Source of the DNA: a virus
Lineage: Duplodnaviria > Caudoviricetes
Virus record (IMG/VR): IMGVR_UViG_3300027776_000009
Reading direction: 5' to 3' (one strand)
DNA length: 64,000 bases
Positions 9,727-18,703 of the stretch are shown piece by piece. The notes under the pieces are model-generated. The model was given only the letters and a program-made list of their open reading frames with translations, did no database searches and was not told the DNA's origin. Numbering within the stretch: position 1 is the first letter of the stretch; each line of letters begins with the position of its first letter. Position numbers and translations under genes: made by a program.

Positions 9727-9968
9727 CGGCTCCCAAAGCTCCGCTGAACCAACCTGATAGACTCCTGAATCTGTCCGCCGAAGTCGAACACCAGCGTGCC
9801 GTCTTCTTCCGCCTTCAGCGTGATGTAGTCACCAGTCTTGACAGCAGTCGGAATGCTGACCACGCCCGTCACAACGCCTTTGCCGGCTACCAGATAGTCG
9901 TTCTCGGTGTCTTCCACTTTCTTGACAACAAGGACACGGTTCTCGGGATACAGATCTTCCAGTTTCAT
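9723..9968 (-). CDS. Hypothetical protein
   Basis: GAGG SD, phage-like codon use. Confidence 0.65.
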   Translation of the reverse strand: MKLEDLYPENRVLVVKKVEDTENDYLVAGKGVVTGVVSIPTAVKTGDYITLKAEEDGTLVFDFGGQIQESIRLVQRSFGSR

Positions 9969-10146
9969 AATAACCTCTCACGCGTTATCCGCCAGTATTA
10001 AAGGGGTTGGCGGTTTACCCCATGACACTATTGTAGTGTATACGTACAATTGCGTTCATTCAGAGTCAGATATGCAAACCGTTGCACATCCAATGTCCAT
10101 GTCCGTATCGATTTCCGGATCATAGTCCATTTGGTAACTGGTGAGT

Positions 10147-10389
10147 TCATCGGAATCCATGTTGCAGCTCCGCTTTTGACATATCATCTTTAACACGATC
10201 CCAAGACATGGCTAGCTTCATAGCGGGAACCAATGTCGGATCATTTTTATCAATGGTGGATGAAACACTGAACAAGTAAGTGTAACCACCCGCCAGCAGT
10301 CTGGATAGATAGCGTTCAGGCGCTACATTCCCAACTGCAAGTAACTTCCCAAACCGTCCGCAATAAATAACATCCGGTAAACCAATCAT
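10147..10389 (-). CDS. Hypothetical protein
   Basis: ATG with GGGG SD. Confidence 0.5.
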   Translation of the reverse strand: MIGLPDVIYCGRFGKLLAVGNVAPERYLSRLLAGGYTYLFSVSSTIDKNDPTLVPAMKLAMSWDRVKDDMSKAELQHGFR

Positions 10390-10460
10390 GCTGTATCCCC
10401 TGGTCTGGTCTAAACTATGTGTTCAGACGTTTTTTCTTACACCCCATGAGTGTGCCCGCA

Positions 10461-11675
10461 ATGAGCAACATCAAGAGTATCCTGGATGAAGCCATGAAGC
10501 ATGTCGTCTTTGACGCCAAGCTGGCTAAGCAAATCCATGACTTCGGTCAACGTTTCGTCAATAAGAATCCCGAGCACTCCCAGTTCTTTGGTGGAAACCT
10601 CACGGGGGTGCAGAAGGTTGCGTTTCTTCCTTCAGACCGCGAAACCCTATTGGAAGATATTCTCGGCATCGATGAGACGCGTATTCGTCCGCAGATCACT
10701 CGCCTACCCGGCATCAAAGCGACTTGGAAGCGAGCCACTGACGTATACAATTTAGCGTGTCTCTATGTTGCCCACCGGTTTTATCACAGCGATTTACCGA
10801 CGGATGTCAAAGAGAAAGCCATGGAGGATGTTCTGCTGGTTTTGCAGTACAAACTTCTAACCAGCCTGCTTCGCCACTACATGCCGTTTCAGGTGGATGA
10901 GCCTAGCGCCATGGCGGTTTACGCTGTCCTCTCCAAGAAGTTTGCTATCAAGAAACACGGAAGTTGGATGGGTCTACTGGTTGCTCGGGCGCAGGATGTC
11001 TATAGTGATTCCAGCATCCATCTGCAAACACTCATTCGCTTTGACGATATCGGTGCAGTGGTCTACATGATCAGTGATATTCAGATTCGGTTGCGCGCGA
11101 TTGTCAAACGCTTGACTAATGTCCTGAAGTTCATTAAACAGCAAAAGACTAAAATCCTGTCTGATAGTGCCCAAGTATCTTTGGATGACAAGACAGTCGT
11201 TAAGGACCTCAGCCGGCTCTATCCACCGTATCGTCGCTATCTGAGCGAAATCGTCATTGATCAACGTCGGTTCATAAAACCGGAGCTCATTACTGTCATC
11301 GGTAATATGGTCACCACTATGCCCGAGAAGCTGTTATATGACGCCTTGCTCTATGTGCACCATGCGGCTGTTAAGCGCGACCCTGTTGTTGATGGCTTGT
11401 TGAATGAAACCCTACTACATGCCTTTGACGCCCTTGCAGAGCAGTTTAAAGGTCGGGGTCCGTTGCAGGATATCTCTGGTATGCTGAGTCGTCTGAAGGC
11501 CCTCTACATGGCTTCTAGGTCATCTGATCCCGTTCTATTGAACATGCGCGATGTTGGTGAGAACATTATCAAGCTCGGGGTTAAAACCAAGAACCCTAGC
11601 GTGATTGCTTCTGTTCGTACTGGCCTGTTTCTTTACGTGGTGTTACGGACTTTGACCAAAGATCATTACGGTTAA
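10461..11675 (+). CDS. Conserved jumbo-phage protein, probably virion-associated
   Basis: ~404-aa ORF (FFGGNLTG motif) near the terminase; TATG late-type motif at 10416; followed by a hairpin. Confidence 0.7.
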   Translation: MSNIKSILDEAMKHVVFDAKLAKQIHDFGQRFVNKNPEHSQFFGGNLTGVQKVAFLPSDRETLLEDILGIDETRIRPQITRLPGIKATWKRATDVYNLACLYVAHRFYHSDLPTDVKEKAMEDVLLVLQYKLLTSLLRHYMPFQVDEPSAMAVYAVLSKKFAIKKHGSWMGLLVARAQDVYSDSSIHLQTLIRFDDIGAVVYMISDIQIRLRAIVKRLTNVLKFIKQQKTKILSDSAQVSLDDKTVVKDLSRLYPPYRRYLSEIVIDQRRFIKPELITVIGNMVTTMPEKLLYDALLYVHHAAVKRDPVVDGLLNETLLHAFDALAEQFKGRGPLQDISGMLSRLKALYMASRSSDPVLLNMRDVGENIIKLGVKTKNPSVIASVRTGLFLYVVLRTLTKDHYG

Positions 11676-11707
11676 GCATGGGGCGGGTAAACCCGCCCCA
11701 TATGCCG
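11676..11707. terminator. Bidirectional hairpin terminator with TATGCCG
   Basis: ATGGGGCGGGT-AA-ACCCGCCCCAT between convergent genes, then TATGCCG. Confidence 0.8.
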
Positions 11708-12343
11708 TTACCGTACCTCGAAGTAGCTAATCTCAATCTCCGACGCCTCTACGGGTTTGCCCAGCGGGACACCGGGAGTATCCGTTACACTGCTGTACCC
11801 ATGTACGTATTCCATTTTGTGCTTGATCACGTCCCAAACAACATCAAGCACAGGCTGGTAATTGAAGATGTCCGGCAGTGCCTCAATCACCTTCTTGATA
11901 AAGTATTCCGTGGTGACAGCCTGCGTGCTTGTGAAGATAACCGTTTCACCATATTCAAACACGTTGGTGATATTGACTTGACCGGACATCTGCGGTACTT
12001 CACTTGCGCGAAGGTGTGCTACTGTCCGCAATCCCATTTTCGGGACAATGGAAATCTCCATCCGGCGAATCACCAACGGGTCACCATAGTTGGAACGGAA
12101 CTCCAAAGGTGACAAGATAGCTACCACTTGGTCTTCGCTGTAAATCAGCCAGCTATCTGCCTCTGCTCGATGCTCAATCGAAGTCTCGTTATCCATCACC
12201 CAGTACCGCGTTCCATCCTGCCGGACGTAGGGTAGATCTTTAGTGGGATTCGCAGCACGGACTCCCTTTGAAAATGCTGTGGAAAGAAGAGGAATAGCTG
12301 CAATTGCCTCTTTCATAACCGAGTCTTTGCTTTTGTTACACAT
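11708..12343 (-). CDS. Hypothetical protein
   Basis: 211-aa ORF with SD inside a hairpin loop. Confidence 0.7.
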   Translation of the reverse strand: MCNKSKDSVMKEAIAAIPLLSTAFSKGVRAANPTKDLPYVRQDGTRYWVMDNETSIEHRAEADSWLIYSEDQVVAILSPLEFRSNYGDPLVIRRMEISIVPKMGLRTVAHLRASEVPQMSGQVNITNVFEYGETVIFTSTQAVTTEYFIKKVIEALPDIFNYQPVLDVVWDVIKHKMEYVHGYSSVTDTPGVPLGKPVEASEIEISYFEVR

Positions 12344-12380
12344 GGTCGTTCTCCTACGAACGTTAATGAATTATTAAGTA

Positions 12381-12420
12381 GCGGCATAAAAGCAAGGGAC
12401 CCCCGAAGGGATCCCTCTTG
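12381..12420 (-). terminator. Intrinsic terminator
   Basis: - strand GGGATCCC-TTCG-GGGGTCCC followed by TTGCTTTTATGCCGC. Confidence 0.8.
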
Positions 12421-12653
12421 TGGAGCGTCAGGGTTCCAGCCGCTATGCCTTACTGACTTATGATGATCCTCTGTGCGCACAGAGACATCTCTAGTTTCAG
12501 GCTATAACAGCATGTATCCGACGTGCTCCTTTACGCTGCCTCATGACAACGATTTCAGTGACCCGCGTTTAAGGGTCCTAAAGCATAGCCTGGGATGTTG
12601 ACAACGAGGTAAAGTTTGTAGCTCGTTGACATTGCGGTGGTCAGCCGCTTCAT
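12421..12653 (-). ncRNA. Candidate structured non-coding RNA (~230 nt)
   Basis: No long ORF; several stems including CAGGCTAT/ATAGCCTG, CAACGAG/CTCGTTG, GACCC/GGGTC and CTCTGTG/CACAGAG; ends at a terminator. Confidence 0.45.
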
Positions 12654-12848
12654 TCAACCGTACTCTTCTTTCACAATCCGGTAGATATGCGCGTATTGCT
12701 GTACGCGACTTTCGCTCATTGCGGCTACAGCCGCACCCTGACCAGGCGGCTCATGGATCGTGAGATCCGACATCCGCCACATGTCAAAACCGAAGTGTAA
12801 AAGACCAAACCCAAAGCCGAGGCCGATTAACGCCCACCGTCTTAGCAT
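12654..12848 (-). CDS. Small membrane or secreted protein
   Basis: N-terminal hydrophobic segment; AGGAG SD. Confidence 0.6.
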   Translation of the reverse strand: MLRRWALIGLGFGFGLLHFGFDMWRMSDLTIHEPPGQGAAVAAMSESRVQQYAHIYRIVKEEYG

Positions 12849-12906
12849 GAATGATCTCCTAAATGTAATGCGTGTTTCCTATAATAGTGTTACACGCTGT
12901 AAAAAA

Positions 12907-13590
12907 TTACAGCTCGTTGACCTGTGCCTTAAGATAGTCAGCCGCAATAGCACTCATGTCATAGACTCGCTGAATCCATTCTCCCCAGACACGAACCATA
13001 TCGCTATCGTGTTCCTTCATGAACTCGGGGTCATCCACAACAAAGTGGTCTACATAGACCAGCTCTCCGTTTCGCCGGTACGTAACACACATCCATGGAA
13101 CGGGCATGGTGTAGATGTACGCATCCAGATCTGCCGGTGCTCGCGCTATCATGGATGCATCCGTGTGAAAATGTTCAACGAGGTCTTTGCAGTCATCCTT
13201 CGCATTCGGCACGCGGAATAGACTGACATTCCAGTTCCGATTGGAGATCAGTACGAAATTAGGATGATTGCGGAAATCATCGCAAGTTTCACACTGAGCC
13301 ATCATTTGAACAAAGGTTTCCAGCTCCTCGGTAGCCGCCAGCATGTAGGGTTTATCTGCCGTGATTTCTTCCATCATTTTCAGCGTAGCAGCGCGATTGA
13401 AGTCAAACGGAAGATCGTGGAGGCGGGGGACGTATGACATACCGTCTTTATCCGTGCTGTAATAACAAACTGATGGAATGCCTCGACCAATAGCCATGAA
13501 CATCATGCCACCACCAGCCACTTCACACCAACTGATCCACAGCGGGTTTATACGTGGAACCCGTTTAATTTCCCACTTAGCTAAGCCCAT
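12907..13590 (-). CDS. Hypothetical protein
   Basis: 227-aa ORF; hairpin SD and promoter-like motif upstream. Confidence 0.7.
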   Translation of the reverse strand: MGLAKWEIKRVPRINPLWISWCEVAGGGMMFMAIGRGIPSVCYYSTDKDGMSYVPRLHDLPFDFNRAATLKMMEEITADKPYMLAATEELETFVQMMAQCETCDDFRNHPNFVLISNRNWNVSLFRVPNAKDDCKDLVEHFHTDASMIARAPADLDAYIYTMPVPWMCVTYRRNGELVYVDHFVVDDPEFMKEHDSDMVRVWGEWIQRVYDMSAIAADYLKAQVNEL

Positions 13591-13696
13591 TTTTTTACTC
13601 TCCTTCGAGTGTTAATGTCACTAAAATAGTGTGTACATATTTTTCACTGCGATTAACCTATTTTATAGTCACCTCACTTACACAGGCGTTGCAATC

Positions 13697-14302
13697 ATGA
13701 TGGCTTTTATTATCTGGGCGAGAAAGAATCGTTCCCTGGTGTTTCACATTGTCAGCGTGCTGACCATCTTGTTGCTGCTTGTGGGTATGTATTGCAAGGG
13801 AAGCTATGACGCTAAGCGTTTGGCTGACCGTGAGATGGCGTTACGTAATGCTCAAGCCGCCCTTCTTCTTGCTCAGGCAGATGCTGCTGCAGCGCGTCTG
13901 GAAGCCCAGCAAACGAAGGTGACGACCCAGGTTGTGACTAAGTACGTGGATCGTGTCAAGGTTATCCACCAAAAGGCTGCAACCATCATTCAGGAGGTAC
14001 CCAAGTATGTCACCCAAGCTGATGATCGCCGCTGTACTATTCCCACTGGTTTTGTCAAGTTGTGGGACATGTCCAACGCCGGTAGTAGCGAAAGTTACGT
14101 TCCCGAAACCACCGGAGATCCTGATGAGAGAACCCCTGGGTCTCTCAACCTTCAAGTTGAAGAAGTCACTTCAGACATCACCCTCTCCGACATTGCCCAA
14201 CAGCATGCGATCGAATCTGAATACACTTTGAGTATCGAAGAGCAGTTGCGCGCATTACAGGAATGGGTGCGTGAGCAAGAGAAGCTGTCACTAACTCCCT
14301 AA
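13697..14302 (+). CDS. Rz: Inner-membrane spanin (Rz-like)
   Basis: N-terminal TM, Ala-rich coiled coil, VVTKYVDRVKVI...EVPKYV...CTIPTGFVKLWD, terminal QLRALQEWVR. Confidence 0.85.
   Translation: MMAFIIWARKNRSLVFHIVSVLTILLLLVGMYCKGSYDAKRLADREMALRNAQAALLLAQADAAAARLEAQQTKVTTQVVTKYVDRVKVIHQKAATIIQEVPKYVTQADDRRCTIPTGFVKLWDMSNAGSSESYVPETTGDPDERTPGSLNLQVEEVTSDITLSDIAQQHAIESEYTLSIEEQLRALQEWVREQEKLSLTP
14007..14231 (+). CDS. Rz1: Outer-membrane spanin lipoprotein embedded in Rz (+1 frame)
   Basis: AGGAGG at 13992-13997 before ATG 14007; signal MSPKLMIAAVLFPLVLSSC (lipobox); Pro-rich mature part FPKPPEILMREP. Confidence 0.85.
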   Translation: MSPKLMIAAVLFPLVLSSCGTCPTPVVAKVTFPKPPEILMREPLGLSTFKLKKSLQTSPSPTLPNSMRSNLNTL

Positions 14303-14307
14303 CTCCC

Positions 14308-14388
14308 TATTCCCCACACTTTCGGGTGTGGGGAATATGCCGTCATAGCACGCCTCTACAGAGCTTACGGGCTCTGTAGAGGGTGTGT
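14308..14388. terminator. Tandem hairpins between convergent genes
   Basis: TATTCCCCACAC...GTGTGGGGAATA followed by TGCCG, then CTCTACAGAGC...GCTCTGTAGAG. Confidence 0.75.
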
Positions 14389-14390
14389 GG

Positions 14391-14774
14391 CTAGACTAGC
14401 TGATGGTTACTCATCATCACTGAATCGATGTGTGCATTGACCGCACGCCAGTGGGGGTAGGTTGTGTTGACCATAAACCGGGGACCCATGTGGGGGTAAT
14501 ACCCCACGTGGTGATCCGTAACGGTTTTATTGTCAATACTGACCATTTCCACACGGTAGAGATAGTGTGTTCGGTTTCGCAGATACCATCGACTTCGAGT
14601 GACAATGTACCGAAGCTGCTGACAACGAAAACCCACGAAACGATAAAACCCTTGTCGATTCTGTACTTGGTGTCGACGTTGGTATTCTATCGCAGTTACT
14701 TCAGCCCGAACAGACGTGTCTCCTTCGAGGAGTACACGCATGACGGTCAAGAGAGAGTATAGGAATTGCTTCAT
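14391..14774 (-). CDS. Hypothetical protein
   Basis: Start reassigned to ATG 14774 (GGAG SD). Confidence 0.55.
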   Translation of the reverse strand: MKQFLYSLLTVMRVLLEGDTSVRAEVTAIEYQRRHQVQNRQGFYRFVGFRCQQLRYIVTRSRWYLRNRTHYLYRVEMVSIDNKTVTDHHVGYYPHMGPRFMVNTTYPHWRAVNAHIDSVMMSNHQLV

Positions 14775-14805
14775 GGTGGTCTCCGTCAATAAAGACAGAT
14801 CCTGG

Positions 14806-17007
14806 CTAACGACCCGGGAACCGCCGTGAGAGATTAGTCCCTCGCCAGGGACCGGGGCTCGCACGTGTTTGTATACGAGCCTGCGCCATACGATTACGCG
14901 CTGTCCGCGCATCTTCAAACAGTTTATCCAGCGTCATATAGCCTTGCGACCGTTCTGGGACACGCTCGTAAAGCGCTCTCATCCGGTGTTCCAACTGCTG
15001 AATGCGTATGGGGTCTCGTGTTTCAGAGAGTTCATCCGCGAGTTCTTCCAGTAAGAGTTTCGCCCGTGACTGCTGTTCATCCATGTAAGCATCGTACGGA
15101 GTCACCGCCTTCTTAACCACGCCTACGTCGTCATCAAACTCGCACGATTCCGACAAGGTGTTATCCAATCCATAGAACCGATGATTCTTACTGACGGTTA
15201 GGAACCAAACCCCTAGCAGCCAGGCAATGACTGTATCGTCGTGCAAACCATTCGTGTGATCAATGCGCCCATTCTTTTCAACAAGCGCGGTGATTTCATC
15301 AATGAGGGTTTTATCGCGGCAGTTCTTGGCGCATAGCTTGGCAGCGCGAAGCAGGACGTCCGTGTATAATGAACTTCGACTAAACTTACCCGACCCCGAA
15401 GTAGTAAACCCAAACATAGCCTTTGATAACGTAATGTGTTTAGGATCACGTCGTGAGAGGTTTTGTTGAATGTACCGATAGTCCTTCTCGTGCTCGACCG
15501 AATCATCCACGATTTGGTTGTAGATTCTTCGGAAGGGATCGATTCCGGCGGCAATTAACATCGTGGTAATCATGTCAATGATGGATGGACCCGATGAACG
15601 CCTTTCTGGAATAATGACCATGCGCTCATACTGGATCATTCGGTCTGCTAACCAGCGCGCAAAATCGTACAGATTAGTTTCGTTGACATTGGCGACCGCT
15701 AAAATCTCTACAGTGCGTGGATCCAAAAACACCAACGAAATACCATCCCGACCAACGGCATCGCTAGTATCAATGCCTACCACCGCGCCACGATCCGCTA
15801 ATAGTCCCGCTATTTCGTGTTCCTGAACATACCAACGAATGTTGTACCCTTCCGGGAAGTATTGGGTAAATACCGGTTCTGCTTCAGAATCCCGAATGGC
15901 TTTATTCAGCGAAGCTGAAAGCGGAGAACGCAAACTCCCCGATGTCCAAACGTTGAAGATATCGCGATCAGCCGCCTCCCCCGTCAGATCGTTTTCACGC
16001 ATGACGTTGTATGCCCACTCGTCAGTATACCCTAGCTGACGATGCGATAGTGTAATGTTGACCAACGGTTTGGTCCCCATACTACCACGTTCAACACGAC
16101 GGTGGAGCTGTGCTTCGTCTTCGGAATCCAGTAAGGATTCATTCCACGGGATCCCCCCATGAATCAGATTGAACGCGTACTTACCCTCACGGGAATCCAG
16201 CTTACCAGCCGTGGTCATAAAGACTGACCCATAAGGCATCCCCGCTGCTTTAGCTTCAGCGCGAGCCGCAGTACCCGCAGTGAGCATAGCAGGGATGGAA
16301 ATGTCTACATAGCTGACAAAAGCCACTTCGTCAATCTTACTCAACGGAGCTGTCAGTCCACGACCCACCTTCAGTGCTCCCGCTGGACTGTTCTGAGCCA
16401 CCTTGTAATTAATCCGGTTATTCCATTGCGTACATGCAATTTCGACGGTGTTATCCGGATCTTTCTTTGAGAAGGCTTGTAGATAATCAGGTAACAAAAT
16501 CCGCATCGTCTTAACACGTTCAACGTTTTCACTACGAAGCTCACTATCCTTGGTCAAGACGTTAATCAGCGCGTTACGTGCTCCGATAGTGACCAAATAA
16601 ACATCCAACATATCCGCCCCCGCCGACTTACCTGTCTGACGAGGTTGCACATTAGCGGGTGATACGTGAGCAAAGAAACACCAGTAGAAAGCAATGTTAC
16701 CACGATTCGCTCGAAAGGGTTTCCCATCCATAGACCCTTGAGGCGGGATACGCGCTACTTCTCGAAACCAGTACCACGGATTTCGGAAACATTCCATGGA
16801 GATCTTACTGCGTTGTTCCATGGATAGGTATGGACTGTGTGGGTCCACACCTTGTAATTCTGGTTGGTGCAGTGCAAGCAAAAACTTGTAGTTCTTAACC
16901 CCCATTTTGCGGTACTTCGCCGCAAGGTCAACAAATGTTCTGTTCTTGGTGTTATAATCAGGAATAGCAGTAGGATAGAGCTGCCAGTCTTTTTCAAAGA
17001 GGATCAT
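14806..17007 (-). CDS. terL: Terminase large subunit (phiKZ gp25-like)
   Basis: Walker A QPRQTGKS, Walker B KIDE, coupling motif TTAG, nuclease GIDTS and HDD; AGGAG SD before ATG 17007. Confidence 0.93.
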   Translation of the reverse strand: MILFEKDWQLYPTAIPDYNTKNRTFVDLAAKYRKMGVKNYKFLLALHQPELQGVDPHSPYLSMEQRSKISMECFRNPWYWFREVARIPPQGSMDGKPFRANRGNIAFYWCFFAHVSPANVQPRQTGKSAGADMLDVYLVTIGARNALINVLTKDSELRSENVERVKTMRILLPDYLQAFSKKDPDNTVEIACTQWNNRINYKVAQNSPAGALKVGRGLTAPLSKIDEVAFVSYVDISIPAMLTAGTAARAEAKAAGMPYGSVFMTTAGKLDSREGKYAFNLIHGGIPWNESLLDSEDEAQLHRRVERGSMGTKPLVNITLSHRQLGYTDEWAYNVMRENDLTGEAADRDIFNVWTSGSLRSPLSASLNKAIRDSEAEPVFTQYFPEGYNIRWYVQEHEIAGLLADRGAVVGIDTSDAVGRDGISLVFLDPRTVEILAVANVNETNLYDFARWLADRMIQYERMVIIPERRSSGPSIIDMITTMLIAAGIDPFRRIYNQIVDDSVEHEKDYRYIQQNLSRRDPKHITLSKAMFGFTTSGSGKFSRSSLYTDVLLRAAKLCAKNCRDKTLIDEITALVEKNGRIDHTNGLHDDTVIAWLLGVWFLTVSKNHRFYGLDNTLSESCEFDDDVGVVKKAVTPYDAYMDEQQSRAKLLLEELADELSETRDPIRIQQLEHRMRALYERVPERSQGYMTLDKLFEDARTARNRMAQARIQTRASPGPWRGTNLSRRFPGR

Positions 17008-17061
17008 AAGCGTTCTCCTAATAGAGCAGATGTGGTGGTGTACCACCACATCTGCCATAGG

Positions 17062-18702
17062 TCATACCTTGAGTGTGAGTGACCCAATCCCCAACTCATA
17101 GTCCGTACTACCATCCCGAAGGAAGAACTCAAGTCGTACTGGCGTACCCTGTGTCAGGACTCCCGCGATCCCGTCAATCGGGATGTAGAAATCATGCAGA
17201 GCCACTTCTCGCATGAAACCATTAACCCGTATTCGGAAATGGGTTGGGGTTGGTGGAGTTACCTCAACCCCAGGCACCAGCAAGGGCTCTGTCGGGTAAT
17301 AAACCCGATCCAGCCAATCTTGAGTGTCCAGTAGATTCAGCGATACAGTCACCATGTGATCCAACGGATTGGAGGGATCGTCAGCTCGCGTCGCGATCAA
17401 TCCCGTCCCGTAAACGTGTCCGTTACTGTACTCCATTTGCCAGTAGTTTCCCGCCAGCGTGTTGGCGCCAGAAGCCTTCAGTTGAATAGAAAACGTCTGG
17501 ATAAAGCGGTACGGCAAGTACGCACCACTAACGTCGGCTAGATTCAAACTCGCCGTAATCGTTTGCCGGACATTCAGTAACCCTCCATTGAAAACACCCG
17601 TAGAGGGTGAGGTCTCAATAAACGACGTCACATCGATGACCGTTTGACGATTCATGTCGTACAGATAGTAATCCAACACCCAAGTCGAGGTGGGAACGAC
17701 TTGGTATCGCGGGACGATGAAGAGTTTGACGGTGTAGGCTCCATCGGCACCTGTAGTTCGAACACGATACGGAACTTGAATCTGGCGCGATCCCGAGGGG
17801 CCGTTAACACCGTATCCGTACTCATTCGGCTGGAGCGTATAAACCAAAATCAACGGCCTGGTCGGGGAGGGTTGACCTGCAATAGAGGCGCTGTACATAT
17901 CCAGCCCCATGATGCGCGCCCGTGATCCGTCAATGGGTAATGTTTCCACAGACGCGTCACTATAGAGCACCCGGCATTGGAGATTGGCGCTTTGCAGAAT
18001 CGCATTAACCGGGACTTCCAGCATCGAGGTATCTGTAACCGAAAGATACGGGGAAACCAGAGAGACCGACATGACAAAGCGTTTGACCGGATCATTGGAA
18101 TGGATGAAGTTGGTTTCAGCCACAACCAGTTTGTAGACCCCGGTTTTCACCCCGGCGGCTGTGTACACCACCGCAGTTACCAGTTCATTATCCGCCAAGC
18201 TTTCCGTTGCCCAGGCTTGTTCTGCAACCTTGGGTGTCGACACCAGTGGGATGTTCTCCGTAGTGAAGACAGACCCGTTCCACATCCCAGATACCACAGT
18301 TCCCGTCGGTCCGATGTCAGTACCCCGGAAAACCTTGATATAAGAGGCATTAGCGCCCGGGATATAGAGTCTGGATGAAATAGCCAGACGAGGGGGTGTC
18401 TCCCCGTTGTCTACATAGACACGGTAAGAATCGCTATGTCCTCCGGGACCGCTACCCAGCAGAACGTCCTCTTCCAATACCCCGCCATTCATCGTGGATA
18501 AAGGAACAAAGTCCAACGTGCTGAGCAGTGTTAATCCATCCACGCTTACCACGCGATAGAAACCCGTGTCCCAATCCAGCACCATGTCGTCCACATTAGG
18601 GACGTAGCGACCCGGCCCCGCTGGACCCGTGTAGATCTGCGAGATGTTCCACACCCGGAACCCTCGCGCGGCATCCGGTTCAATAGGTACGACCGTAGGC
18701 AT
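17062..18702 (-). CDS. Virion structural protein (phiKZ gp26-like, baseplate region)
   Basis: Position next to terminase; IYTGPAGPGRYVPNVDD N-terminus; beta-rich. Confidence 0.75.
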   Translation of the reverse strand: MPTVVPIEPDAARGFRVWNISQIYTGPAGPGRYVPNVDDMVLDWDTGFYRVVSVDGLTLLSTLDFVPLSTMNGGVLEEDVLLGSGPGGHSDSYRVYVDNGETPPRLAISSRLYIPGANASYIKVFRGTDIGPTGTVVSGMWNGSVFTTENIPLVSTPKVAEQAWATESLADNELVTAVVYTAAGVKTGVYKLVVAETNFIHSNDPVKRFVMSVSLVSPYLSVTDTSMLEVPVNAILQSANLQCRVLYSDASVETLPIDGSRARIMGLDMYSASIAGQPSPTRPLILVYTLQPNEYGYGVNGPSGSRQIQVPYRVRTTGADGAYTVKLFIVPRYQVVPTSTWVLDYYLYDMNRQTVIDVTSFIETSPSTGVFNGGLLNVRQTITASLNLADVSGAYLPYRFIQTFSIQLKASGANTLAGNYWQMEYSNGHVYGTGLIATRADDPSNPLDHMVTVSLNLLDTQDWLDRVYYPTEPLLVPGVEVTPPTPTHFRIRVNGFMREVALHDFYIPIDGIAGVLTQGTPVRLEFFLRDGSTDYELGIGSLTLKV

Positions 18703-18703
18703 G

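Noticed and set aside
10028-10150. 40-codon ORF after 10147
   Set aside because: Short, overlaps a promoter-like motif and has no supporting features beyond an ATGA overlap
12421-12653. tRNA or tmRNA (the - strand ends ...GCTCCACA and begins GCGGCTGA)
   Set aside because: No T-loop GTTCRA, the acceptor stem does not pair and no tag peptide is evident
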